Shown here: positions 42,790 through 59,291 of the stretch, piece by piece
Numbering within the stretch: position 1 is the stretch's first letter
How the letters are laid out: every line of letters begins with the position of its first letter
Assembly: GCA_964016885.1 (NCBI GenBank)
Contig: OZ024741.1
Coordinates: forward strand, 325,500,001 to 325,564,000
Source: Eledone cirrhosa
Lineage: Eukaryota
Reading direction: 5' to 3'
Length of the DNA stretch: 64,000 nucleotides
Made by a program: the position numbers and the translations under genes
Notes under the pieces: generated by a model
The model's database searches: none
Seen by the model: the letters and a program-made list of their open reading frames with translations, nothing else
What the model was told of the DNA's origin: nothing

Positions 42790-42792
<3 letters not shown>
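42050..42792 (+). mobile_element. Retrozyme-like element: ~438-nt monomer x1.2 preceded by an inverted arm
   Basis: tgccgtactaagagtgagaaatgaaattt at 42308 and 42746; 42050-42270 is the inverse of 42516-42735. Confidence 0.75.
42478..42520 (+). ncRNA. Minimal type I hammerhead
   Basis: acgatg-CTGACGA-t-agct aata agct-t-GAAAC-ta-GTA-catcgt. Confidence 0.9.
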
Positions 42793-42835
<43 letters not shown>

Positions 42836-43010
42836 GAAGTTATATTTAATTTGTTGGGATACAACAAGCAAATATTTTTATAACTGATATAAAGCACTCA
42901 ACAAATTTTTGGAGTAAAAATACAATATATTAATATGGGAGCTTCCAACAGACATAGTCGCATTCTTTTAAGGGTATGTCAATATCTGTTTATAAAACTG
43001 ATCTATATTA

Positions 43011-43075
43011 TATTTTATCTGATGAAAGCGCACCATAATTTGGTTTGGTGTCCTTGAAATATGTATAATGAAATA
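43011..43075 (+). ncRNA. Type I hammerhead
   Basis: tattttat-CTGATGA-aagcgcacca...tggtgtcctt-GAAA-tatgta-TA-atgaaata, within a ~280-bp (TA)n-flanked insert (42833-43115) homologous to 41124-41372. Confidence 0.85.
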
Positions 43076-43113
43076 AATATGGTTTTATAAATATAGTTTC
43101 CATTTATTAATAT

Positions 43114-43236
<123 letters not shown>

Positions 43237-43621
43237 ATATGTATATGTATATATATGTATATATTTGTGTATATGTATATATATGTATATATTTGTATAT
43301 ATGTATATATTCATGTTTATATATATATATACATTATATATATATATATATTTAGAAATAGCCGTTGAAACGGCTTGAGCTCTGCCGTCGGGGTCATACT
43401 TTTTCCTATATATATTTATATATATATATAATTTTAAACAAAATATTTTAAAAATATATTTATTTCAGGAATTAAGAATATTTATTTGTATAACTTACTG
43501 CAATTGGCACAAGCTCAAATAAAGACCCAATATTACACCACACGAGAATTCTTCAAAATTTGTGTGTGTTTATATATATATATGTATACACCTATGAGCA
43601 TATAAGTATATATATACATAC

Positions 43622-43809
<188 letters not shown>

Positions 43810-43996
43810 CATGCCTGTATGTGTGTGCGTGTAATATATGAATACACACAAACACACAGATATATATATATAATTATAGAGATATAATTATGCATACACA
43901 AGTATATATATATATATGTATATATATATATGTGTGTGTATATATATATATGTATATGTATATATATATAGAGAGAGAAATATATATATATATGTA

Positions 43997-44051
<55 letters not shown>

Positions 44052-44182
44052 TATTTTGATGAAGTTGTTTCTTTTGCGATACTAATGAGATGAGGTAGGA
44101 TGAAGTCATAAGAAAGCGAAAAACAAAGCCAATACAAAAAATATTGCCCCCCCCCCCCAACAACAACAACAGCAACAACAGC

Positions 44183-44231
<49 letters not shown>

Positions 44232-44703
44232 GCAATAGAAAATAAATAAGAATAAAATGGCAAACTCTAAGACTAACTACAGCACATCATCTAAATTATA
44301 CTGTACGTCATTAACGGAATCGGAATTGGCACATCAACTAAAGAGGATGGGTTGAAGAGAGGAATAGAGATAGATAGATAGATAGATAGATAGATAGGTA
44401 GATAGATAGATAGATAGTCATAACACAGAGAGAGAGAGAAAGAGAGTGATAATAGAGACAGCGAGAGAGAAAGAGAGAGATAGATAGTGATAACACAGAG
44501 AGTGAGAGAGAGAGAGAGAGAGAAAGGGAGAGAGAGAGAGAGAGAGCGAGAAAGGGGGGGGGGTTTAGTGATAGGAAGAGTGAGCGCGAGAGAGATTGTG
44601 ATAGGGAGAGCGAGAAATAGAGTGAATGAAAGGGAGAGAGAGTGAGAGAGAGAGTGAGAGAGAGAGAAAGGGATAGATAGGTATAGATAGAGAGAGAGAA
44701 AGA

Positions 44704-44766
<63 letters not shown>

Positions 44767-45026
44767 AGAGAGAAAGAGAGAGTGAGGGGATGCAGTGATG
44801 AAAACTGGTGAGACGAGGTGATGGAGTGTGTTTCAACGACTGGAGTCGTTTCTTTTGCTAATTGGCATCAGTTAAATTACGTCAGAGCTATTTGGTACTT
44901 TTGTACTACTACTAGTACAGTTTGTTGCGCTGGACCGTCCTCTAGATGGAAGGTGTGTGATTAACCAGCAGCTTCGGCGAAACTCCAGTTACAGTCGTCC
45001 GAAATGCATATGCGGCTGCTGGCGCC

Positions 45027-45065
45027 ACCACCACCACCACCACCACCACCACCACCACCACCACC

Positions 45066-45108
<43 letters not shown>

Positions 45109-45143
45109 CTACTACTACTACTACTACGACTACTACTACTACG
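45027..45143. repeat. Compound trinucleotide repeat (CAC)n(CAA)n(CTA)n
   Basis: Directly visible. Confidence 0.95.
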
Positions 45144-45273
45144 ACAGCATTTTCTCTCTCTCCGAACTCTCCATTTCCTACAGAAGGACTTATGTCTGAC
45201 ACGCCGAAACACTTATTTACTTCTTCCCGTGAAACTAAAACTTTGTGTCTTTGCACATCTGTGTTTATCTTGT

Positions 45274-45394
<121 letters not shown>

Positions 45395-45525
45395 ATATAT
45401 ATAAAAGGTATGCAAATTTGCACCATAGAACATGTGTGTTTACGTATGTCATTGTGTTTATATGTGGGTAGAGATGTGTGCTGATGTAGGTATGTATGTT
45501 GACGTGTGTATGTTGTGGGTTCGTC

Positions 45526-47496
45526 TTAGGGCGAAGTGTTTAGACGGGGTCCGTATTTGTTAATAAAGTAAGATTCCTTGCTGATGCTCTGGGTGTGGGT
45601 GGCATTATCTTTAAATTTGTAGAGGGGAAAGATTCTGAAGTTGGGATGATTTTGGGCGGCACAGGTATCAATGTGTTCACTCAGTGGTATTTTCCTGTAT
45701 TCCCGTATTTTAATTTGGGATCTATGGACAGTCATGCGTTGGCGGAGGCTGTTTTTGGTCTGGCCTATGTATTGTTCTCGACAACCTGAGCAAGTTAATA
45801 CATATATTAGATTTTCCGATGCATATGTGAAATTGTGTTTTACTATAAAACGTTGTCCTTCTTTGAAATATAATTCCGAACCCTCTATTAGGTTGATGCA
45901 AATGCCACAGTTGGGTCTATCGCATTTTTTCACTGTGGGTTTCGTTGTTGTGGTTGGCAGTACTTTGGCATGTGTTAGGATGTTTTCCGTTGACTTAGAT
46001 TGTCTTTTGCTCTTTATGATATCGTGTGTTCGTAGGATTTGGTTCATTCTATGGCCCTTTTTCAACACAGGGATGTTCTGGAGGATGGTGTCAAAGGCCT
46101 CATTGTTGAGGCGGATGTGTGTGGAGATGTATGGAAGAGCTTTTAGTTTCAGTTGATTTACTTTAGGGTGTCTAAGGTCCTGGGTACTGAGTTTTAGGGC
46201 ACGTTGGATTCCATTGTCAATTAGTGATGCAGGGTAGTCCCTGCCTATGAGTGTGTCCTTTAGTTCTTGTAGCCGTAAGTAGCAGGTGTTTTTATTGGAG
46301 ACTATAGTACAGATTCTCTTGGCTAAGTTGTAGGGAATATTAATTTTAACGTGTCTAGGGTGGCAAGAGTTGAAAGGAAGATATTGCTTGGAGTCTGTGG
46401 GCTTGTAGTATATGTCTGTTTCTATTTTTTTGTTATGGATCTTAATGAGGATGTTGAGGAAGGGGAGTTGTTGATGGCTGTATTCCATCGTGAAGTTAAT
46501 ATTCGTGTTGAGCCCATTTATAAGGGTGTGAAATTCTTTAAGTTTCTCGATGTTTTCGTGCCAAAGGATGAAGCAGTCATCTAGATATCGCTTCCAGTTC
46601 CTTTCTATGTGTAAGTGGAGAGTGTTTCCAAATTTGTTTAGGACTTTAGTGTAGAGGATGATTTCCAGGTATCCCATGACTAGGTTGGCATAAGTGGGGG
46701 CTGTTTTCGTTCCCATAGCGGTCCCAGATTTCTGCCTGTAGGGTTTGTTATTGAAAACGAAGTAATTGTTCTCCAAGATAAATTTGAGTCCCTCTATCAC
46801 GAATTCTTTTTTGATGCGTTGTGGGAGTTCATTGGGGAAATTATCCAGCCAGAATTGGATAGCTTCTATTCCTAGGTTGTGGGGGATGTTGGAGTATAGG
46901 TTGACTACATCGAACGTTACTAGTAGGGTTTGTTCAGAAAGTGGCATATTAGGGAGGTGATTGAGCATATCTAGGTCGTCCCTTATATAGCTTTTGATGT
47001 GTTTGAGAAAAGGCTTGAGAAGAGTATCAATGAAGTTGCTAAGGCGGTGGGTTTCGCAAGCGGGGCCTGCTATTATAGGTCTTAATTTGAGATCATTGGG
47101 TGAGGGGACATTGATGACTATGTCTGTGGCTTCCTTGCATGCCTGACTTATTAATTCGCTTTTATGTACTTTAGGGATACCGTAGACAAGGCTGGATTTA
47201 CTTGTGAAGTCTGTGATGAAGCTGAATTCCTTGTTAGTGAGTCCTTCTTTGTATTGGTTGATCAGAGTTTTTAGGTTTCTCATAATTTTCTGTTGATTGT
47301 AATGTTCAGCCTTTTCGTAGTATGTTTCGTTTTCCAAAGTGGAGAGCGCTAAGTTGATATAGAATTCTGTCTCCATTAGGACTACTGTACTCCTTTTATG
47401 AGCCTCTTTAATTGTAATGGTTCTGTCGGTTTTTAATCTATTTAATTCTTCCCATTCTTTCTTGTTGAGGTTTGGCTTGTGTTTTTGTCTGTGCAA
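45526..47496 (-). CDS. Penelope-like element ORF (RT + Zn linker + GIY-YIG), 5'-truncated but uninterrupted for 656 aa
   Basis: YGIPKVHK, LRPII, FDVVNLYSNIP, GTAMG, RYLDD, YYKPT, SCHP, CDRPNCGIC, NLIYVLTCSGCREQYIGQT..RMTVH. Confidence 0.95.
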   Translation of the reverse strand: MHRQKHKPNLNKKEWEELNRLKTDRTITIKEAHKRSTVVLMETEFYINLALSTLENETYYEKAEHYNQQKIMRNLKTLINQYKEGLTNKEFSFITDFTSKSSLVYGIPKVHKSELISQACKEATDIVINVPSPNDLKLRPIIAGPACETHRLSNFIDTLLKPFLKHIKSYIRDDLDMLNHLPNMPLSEQTLLVTFDVVNLYSNIPHNLGIEAIQFWLDNFPNELPQRIKKEFVIEGLKFILENNYFVFNNKPYRQKSGTAMGTKTAPTYANLVMGYLEIILYTKVLNKFGNTLHLHIERNWKRYLDDCFILWHENIEKLKEFHTLINGLNTNINFTMEYSHQQLPFLNILIKIHNKKIETDIYYKPTDSKQYLPFNSCHPRHVKINIPYNLAKRICTIVSNKNTCYLRLQELKDTLIGRDYPASLIDNGIQRALKLSTQDLRHPKVNQLKLKALPYISTHIRLNNEAFDTILQNIPVLKKGHRMNQILRTHDIIKSKRQSKSTENILTHAKVLPTTTTKPTVKKCDRPNCGICINLIEGSELYFKEGQRFIVKHNFTYASENLIYVLTCSGCREQYIGQTKNSLRQRMTVHRSQIKIREYRKIPLSEHIDTCAAQNHPNFRIFPLYKFKDNATHTQSISKESYFINKYGPRLNTSP

Positions 47497-47569
47497 GTGT
47501 TGGTAAGGAAAGTTTGTGATGTGTTCACAGAATTCGTCCAGGATTTTATTTCTACCTTTTGATGGGGTT

Positions 47570-49168
<1,599 letters not shown>

Positions 49169-49753
49169 CATATATATCCTTATGAATCTATTCTATACTC
49201 CCTTTCGTTTGAGTAAACCTTAGGCGGTAACTAACTGCTCCTCTTAGCAGCCTACCTACCATTCAGCCTACCCTTCACACCCTTCTACTTTAACCGCTGG
49301 CCACGTGATAATTCTTACCCATTTTGAATTCATTTCTGGCGGCGATCACCGTAGAAATTTTAGTCCTCTTGAGGGAGTCTCTTGATAAGCTCGAAACCTC
49401 ATGGATAATACCAGGATTGGACATATCCACAAAGTACGAGCGAAACTATTGATAGTCGGGACTAGAAGAATTTTGGTAAAGTTTATATACATTTTTTCTT
49501 GAAACTTGCAGTTTTGACTTAGCTCCGTTTAATTGATTATTTGTTTAGTTAATTTCTACGGGCTAAGAAGAAAGACTACGTAAATTTTATATGGTTGTTC
49601 TTCGCGGGGGATAGTCTGTGTCATTTATCTGTTATTTCTTCGAAGTTACATTTTAAACTTAGCTCCGTTTAAATGATTATTTATCTAGTTAATTTCTACG
49701 GACTACAGAGAAGAAAAATTGGATATATTTTATCTGACTGTTCTTCAAACTTA

Positions 49754-52117
<2,364 letters not shown>

Positions 52118-52160
52118 TGTGTATGTATATATATATACATACACATACATATATATACAT

Positions 52161-52252
<92 letters not shown>

Positions 52253-52324
52253 TTTGAGTATATGCTGGTTGTTTACCGACACACTTCAACAACATGTATA
52301 CTTGTCCTTCCCACACCATTTCGG

Positions 52325-52379
52325 ACTGCTTGAAGAGGTCACAGCCAATGATGGCTGTCCCCGAAATATATATAGCAGT
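52325..52379 (+). ncRNA. Hammerhead, C3U variant, in a ~190-bp (TA)n-flanked insert
   Basis: actgc-TTGAAGA-ggtc acagcca atga tggctgt cccc-GAAA-tatata-TA-gcagt. Confidence 0.7.
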
Positions 52380-52435
52380 ATATCTATAATTTATAATAAA
52401 CGAAGCCAAATTTTACATATTTGACTTAATTATTT

Positions 52436-52580
<145 letters not shown>

Positions 52581-52589
52581 GTCTAAAGT

Positions 52590-52820
52590 CTGTCTTATTC
52601 CAGAAGGCTCATTTGGCCAGTGCTTATCCCGGTTTCATAGTGTGAAGCGACTGAGAGTACAAGACTCCTCACTGGAGTTTAAACCCCCCAGCTATTGTTG
52701 GTACTCATTTTTAGCTGAGTATACTGGAGCAACGTGAAATGAAGTGTTTTGCTCAAGAACACAAGGCGCAACCCAGGAATCCAAACCACGACATTATGAT
52801 CGAAAGTCCAGGTGCTTCCA
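52590..52820 (-). mobile_element. SINE-like repeat
   Basis: ggtactcatttttagctgagtatactggagcaacgtgaaatgaagtgttttgctcaagaacacaa...ggaatccaaacc, with a reversed B-box-like end. Confidence 0.55.
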
Positions 52821-52919
52821 TATATATATGACCAAAAGTTTATATGTCTCGTTGATTAATCAACGAATTCAATTTTACAATAGATTAGAAGCACTCGACA
52901 GCAACTTTTCTGGAGTATC

Positions 52920-54240
52920 TATAATATTATTCTAAATATTAATAAATGAGAAATATCATAACCAAAGTATATATTTTATTATACATATTTCAAAGGTACA
53001 ATGGTTTTTCAGTACGTTTTCATCAAATAAAATATATAAGAGATTGAATATGTGACATACCGCTAAGGTACTTGAATCTTCAATTCCTGTAATAGCAGGA
53101 AGTTATTTCACCAACCCTCAACCCTTATATACCACAAATAATATGATAAACTTAGAGAAGAAGAGGACGTAAAGCAACGAAAAAATATAGAAGGTAAGAT
53201 TGGGAGAGAAAGAGAGAGAAATAAAGAAAAGAAGAAAAGGGAAGGTGGGGAGAGAAAGAAAGGGAAATAAAGTAAAGAAGAAAAGGGAAGATGCGGAGAG
53301 AAAAGAAGTGAAATAAAGAAAGGAAGAAAAGGGAAAGGAAAAGATAAAGTAAAGGAGAGAATACAAAAACCCGTTGTTTTCAAATGCTACACAAAAATTC
53401 AAAAATTCAAAAATGTTTCATATTATTTATCAGTGAATACCACTTGTATTGGATTACGCTTCAGTTAATTATAAGTTTATAATATATCTAGATTATTAGG
53501 CATAGATTAATTTCTACGGTAATCGAATATTAAGTTCATTACAAATTCATATGCTTAAATAAATTTAATTTAATTTAACTACTTTTAGATTATGACAATA
53601 TTTTATCATAAGGTAAGATATTCTATTTAGCGTAACAAACAATTTATCTTTAATGCTTATTAAATAACTATTAAATATATATTCAGATATATTGAAATTG
53701 CATATATCCACATCAATATATAATATATTTTGTTCATTTATCATCTAAATTATTTCAAAATTCTACTTTATGTGAAACTTCGTTATTTTTTAAATTTTCA
53801 TTTATCTTTTCTTTCTCTCCGTCCTCTTCTCTAAGTTTATCATATTATTTGTGGTATATAAGGCGGTGAATTGGCAGTATCGGTAGAGGGTCGGACATGC
53901 TTTCCAGCATAGTTACGTCCCTTTATGATCTGAGTTCAAATCCTGCAGAGGTTAACTTTGCCTTTCATCCTTACGGGGTCGATAAAACAAAGGCCTTGTG
54001 CCTAAAATAGAAACAATTATTTGTGGTATATAAATGTTGAGGGTTGGTGAAATAACTTACTGCCACTACAGGAATTGAAGATTCAAGTACCTTAGCGGTA
54101 TGTCGCCTATCCATTCTCTTATATATTTTATCTGATGAAAACGTACTGAAACACCATTGTACCTTTGAAATATGTATAATAAAATATATACTTTGGTTAT
54201 GATATTTCACATTTATTAATATTTTGAATAATATTATATA
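52920..54240. mobile_element. Fold-back element with divergent hammerheads (54121-54189 plus, intact; 52969-53037 minus, C3U)
   Basis: atatattttat-CTGATGA-aaacgtac...gtaccttt-GAAA-tatgta-TA-ataaaatatat. Arms about 52920-53190 and 53800-54240; the right arm has a SINE (53862-54020) with 18-bp TSD attatttgtggtatataa. Confidence 0.88.
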
Positions 54241-54297
<57 letters not shown>

Positions 54298-54301
<4 letters not shown>

Positions 54302-55024
54302 GTATAATAAACAATACAATATAATTACCTCATTACCAGAAGTTTCCCGAATAAGACGAATACGAGAAACGTCCTCATTCTTTCGTCAGACAAAGCAATT
54401 TAAAACATAGTGAAATATTTGAAAAATCTCCTCAAGAAAGGCAAAAGTTTAACGGGCAAAAAAAATATATAAATAAAAGTAATGCAAGAGATATATAAAA
54501 ATAAAATAAGGAAATATAAGGGTATGTGTATAAATGTGTGTATATGCACCTACAAATGTACATATGTGTGTATGTACAAATGCATGTGTATAGTGAAAAA
54601 ATGTGCACGTAAGTACATACATGAGGGCAAGCATATCAGTGTATGTGTGACCACAAATACGTATATAATATATGTTGAAAAAGGAAATTATAAGATAGTA
54701 GAGTTAACGTACATACAGACTCAGGGACTAAGGATTGAAATATATACACATACAAGTATGAAAGCAGGCGTATAAACACACACACACGCGCAACCACATA
54801 CATGCAAGTGAAATATACAGGGAAGGGAGTGTATCAGTCAAAGCAGTGTCAGGCTGAAGGTCGATACATATATAAAAAAAATATAAAATATGAAAATGAA
54901 AAAATGAAAAAATATATGAGAATAAAAAAATTAAATCAAAGAGAAAGTAAGGGGGAGGGGTTATCAAATATAAAGTAACACTAGAGAAAATAGAAAACAT
55001 ACATAGGTTTGTACATACACACAT

Positions 55025-55059
<35 letters not shown>

Positions 55060-55136
55060 CGTACAGACAAAAGCACATACATGCACATCTAATCGCACAC
55101 ACGCACGCGACCATATATATATACATATATATATAT

Positions 55137-55177
<41 letters not shown>

Positions 55178-56772
55178 CACACACACACATATATATAAGT
55201 ATGTAAAAACATAGATATAAAAACACACATACACACACACATATACACATACACGCGCACATACGAATGCATTCGTATACATATACAAACACGTATACAC
55301 ACACATGCACACTTACATGCATACATAAAATATGAAAACCAGCCGTAGGAATAAATGAGTACAAATTATACGCAAGTAAACATACATAAAAGCGGCTGAG
55401 GGACAACAGAATATATCATTATATGAAAACGCAAGTGACATGTGTTATCAGGTAGTGAAAGAAAAGGGGGAAGTGTAAAATATGTAAAATTGTGAAGATA
55501 TAAATTAAGCGAATCAAAAAGCAGGGAGGGGGGGGGGGTCACTGGTGGATGTGAACTAAAAATAAAGTTAAAAATAAAAATAAAAGTAAATCAGAAAGAG
55601 AAGTCTGTAAAGAGGGTAATTTAAGGAAAGTGAAGAACAAGAGTTTATGGAGGATAAGTATCTGAAAGTGAGTTAAGTTTATATGAGCTGGAAAGCAAGT
55701 GTGATTTCATGTGTGGGCAATTGGTGAACATTTCTGTTTTTGCATTTAGGCAGGTTTTTGGTGATTTAAGTGTCTGTAAAATCCAATATTTTTCACTTAT
55801 GCAGAGTGCGCATCTTCTTGTTCCTCTTGCATACTCTTTAGATTGGTTCAAAATTGACCAATCTAATTTATATTGGATATCTTGGTCTTTCAAATCCCAT
55901 ATTCTGCTAGCCAGAGCTGTTGTAAATCTTTTTTCAGGATGTCGGAAAGATGCGACTTGTGAGTAATAACCCGTTTTGAATTTGTCTTGTGTCATACCCA
56001 CATATCGTTCGCTGGTGGCTGGTAGGTTGTTGCTGGTGGTTGTCACTTTAGCCGCATATACAATGGTTTTGGTGTTGCATTTACCTTGTAATGGGCATTC
56101 ACTTTTGACTCTACAGGAGCAATTTTGATGTTCCCTGGGTATTTTCTGACACTGCTTTGACTGATACACTCCCTTCCCTGTATATATCACTTGCATGTAT
56201 GTGGTTGCGCGTGTGTGTGTGTTTATACGCCTGCTTTCATACTTGTATGTGTATATATTTCAATCCTTAGTCCCTGAGTCTGTATATACGTTAACTCCAC
56301 TATCTTATAATTTCTTTTTCCAACATATATTATATACGTATTTGTGGTCACACATACACTGATATGCTTGCCCTCATGTATGTACTTACGCACACATTTT
56401 CTCACTATACACATGCATTTGTACATACACACATATGTACATTTGTAGGTGCATATACACACATTTATACACATACCCTTATATTTCCTTATTTTATTTT
56501 TAAATATCTCTTGCATTACTTTTATTTATATATTTTTTTTGCCCGTTAAACTTTTGCTTTTCTTGAGGAGATTTTTCAAATATTTCACTATGTTTTAAAT
56601 TGCTTTGTCTGACGAACGAATGAGGACGTTTCTTGTATTTGTCTTATTCGGGAAACCTCTGGTAATGAGGTAATTATATTGTATTGTTTATTATACATTA
56701 AATTTAGCTCTGTAACTTACATAGAGCACTCTTCACTCCAATGACTTTTTCAATTTTTAACGGAAACTTCAA

Positions 56773-56775
<3 letters not shown>
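54298..56775 (-). mobile_element. Truncated PLE (GIY-YIG 55645-56145) with inverted pLTR and two hammerheads (54323-54400 minus; 56598-56675 plus)
   Basis: CSCRVKSECPLQGKC..IVYAAKV..RYVGMT..CALCISEK..LNAKTE..CPH; arms 54298-54851 and 56146-56700; aattgctttgt-CTGACGA...GAAAC-ctctg-GTA-atgaggtaatt. Confidence 0.9.
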
Positions 56776-56838
<63 letters not shown>

Positions 56839-56911
56839 GGTGCTCTGAAATAGGGATATATGAATGTATATATAGTGTATTTTGCAATACATCGGCAGAC
56901 AGGGAGAGTAG

Positions 56912-56958
56912 TGAGTTTTGATAAGTACCAAAAAGTACGAAACAGAGCTGTAAACTTA
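56912..56958 (+). ncRNA. Hammerhead with variant U3-A8 core and extended stem I (56892-56976)
   Basis: tgagtt-TTGATAA-gtac caaaaa gtac-GAAAC-agagct-GTA-aactta; outer stem tcggcagacaggg/ccctgtctgccga; lies in a ~250-bp IR-bounded insert (56838-57090). Confidence 0.75.
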
Positions 56959-57129
56959 TCTCCCCCTGTCTGCCGAAAATTTAAGTAAGCGACAATGTCG
57001 CTACTTTAAAACAATAGCGTATGGTCTTCGAAATGCTTTTAATTAAGCATACAGTGTATTGCAAAATAAACTATATATACATTCATATATATATATAATT
57101 ATAAATGTGAAGACTAAAATCCGAAGAGT

Positions 57130-57242
<113 letters not shown>

Positions 57243-57249
57243 TGATGAT

Positions 57250-57535
57250 GATGAACTGAGAGTTGTACGGGACCCTCCCAAAAGTCAGCTCGAAAGTAGC
57301 ACAGAGGTGACTGAGGTTAGCTGGACATGCTCACCGACATCCAGAGCTGACACTGCACTCAGTGCTCCTGTGGGAGCTCCTGCACGGACACACTAGAATA
57401 GGGAGACAGAAGTTGACATATGTTAATGTCCAACGGACAGGCTCCGGTCTCTTGGAAACGCAGAACATGGCAGTGATGATGAGGGAGAGAGACCGCTGGA
57501 GAGAACTCATCCATGGATCTCGGGAATTTTACCCT
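57250..57535 (+). mobile_element. 3' fragment of an RTE/RTE-X-like LINE
   Basis: ELYGTLPKVS..RLAGHAHRHPE..VLLWE..G..R.GR..TY..M..RDRWR. Confidence 0.65.
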
Positions 57536-57536
57536 C

Positions 57537-57581
<45 letters not shown>

Positions 57582-57599
57582 AGAGAACGCTCAGATTCC

Positions 57600-58680
57600 A
57601 TGCTGCAAGTTTTCACAAGCTCGCCATTAGAAAATCCATTACAAACATTTAAATTAACAAACCTAATTTTAGAAAAGTTATGCTAAACCATTATAAATTG
57701 TTAGTATTGCAAATATTCACAACGATGTTTACACTAGTAAAAACACTATAAACATTTGTGTTAACAAGTCTATTTTTAGATATTTTCTGCTAAATCATTA
57801 CAGTTTGTTAAGAGATTATACTGTAAATTTTCACAACGATCTTTACATTAGTAAATATACTATAAACATTTGAGATAAACTAATATTTAGATATTTTCTG
57901 CTAAATCAATACAGTTTGTTAATAGATTATACTGCACATTTTCACAACGATCTTTACACTAGTAAATATACTATAAACATTTTAGTTAACAAACTAATGT
58001 TTAGATATTTTCTGCTAAATCATTATAGCTTGTTAGATAACACTGCAAATTTTCACAAGCTCGCCATTAGAAAATACATTATACACATTTAAATTAACAA
58101 ACTTAGAAATGTTCTGCTAAACTATTATAGGTTATTAAGAGATAATATTGCAAATTTTCATAACAATCTTTACATTAGTAAAAATACTATAAACATTTGA
58201 GTCAACAATCCTGTTTTTAAAAAATATTTTCTGCTGAATCATTACATGTTGTTAAGAGATAATACAGGTGGCGAATTGGCAGAGTCGTTTGAATGTTGGA
58301 TAGAATGCTTTGTGGCATTCGTACCGGCTCTCATCTCTGTATTTAATTCCCACCGAGGTTGACTTTGCCTATCATCATTTCGGGGTCGATAAAAAAGTAC
58401 TAGTACAGTACTGTGGTCGATTCTTCCTCTATATCTTTTTCTCACTTCCTCCTTCTTTTTTTCTATCCTTCGAAAGAAATCCGCTGTATTCATGCCTGGA
58501 GAGGGATTGGCTCCGCCGTACTTAAAATGCCAAAGAAACGACGTGTATTACTTGGTGCCGTCAGAAGTTAGTGGACCATACAATATCAAACCAAGAGATA
58601 ATACGAGAAATTTTCACAACGATCTGTATACTAGTAAAGACACTACAAACATTTGAGTTAACAATCCTGTTTTTAGACAG
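57600..58680. repeat. Degenerate ~111-115-bp satellite interrupted by a SINE (58266-58580)
   Basis: tattttctgctaaatca at 57781, 57892, 58006 and 58226; an inverse copy lies near 1875-1970. Confidence 0.8.
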
Positions 58681-59291
58681 GTTCTTCTCAATGATTAAAT
58701 TATTCCTGGATATTAACAGGTTATCTATCATCAATCATGATCTAGAAGCTTAAACGCCCCTATTTTGATGTTGAGCATTGTTAGGCTGTCACGAATACAA
58801 TATGGAGGAGCAGTTGATTCTTAAAGAGCTGGCCTAAACTGGTTATTACATTAATAGCTATACTAATAACAGCACTTATCATATAATCCAGTGAAGATAG
58901 AATAGAGTGAATGGAATTCTAGGGCTAATCAATCTTTCTCGACATAACAATGCAACGGGAGGTGGGAACGGCAGTACATACGCATAAATATAAGCATAAA
59001 CATAGACAAACATAAAGCATAACACATAAAACATAGACTTAGTGGTCATATCTATCTAGATTTCTTTGTACGGCGTGGAACTATGTCCGTCTGTCTGTCT
59101 GTCTGTATGTATGTATGTATGTGTGTGTATGTGTGTCTATGCATATGTATGTGTATGTATGTAGGTATATATGTGTGTGTATGCATAAGAGTGTATGTAT
59201 GTATGTATGTATGTATGTATGTATGTATGTATGTATGTATGTATGTATGTATGTATGTATGTATGAGAGATGACCCCTTAGCCTTTGTCAA

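Noticed and set aside
57600-58260. Regularly spaced repeats resembling a CRISPR array
   Set aside because: Whole ~113-bp units are homologous with no unique spacers, there are no cas genes, and the context is eukaryotic.
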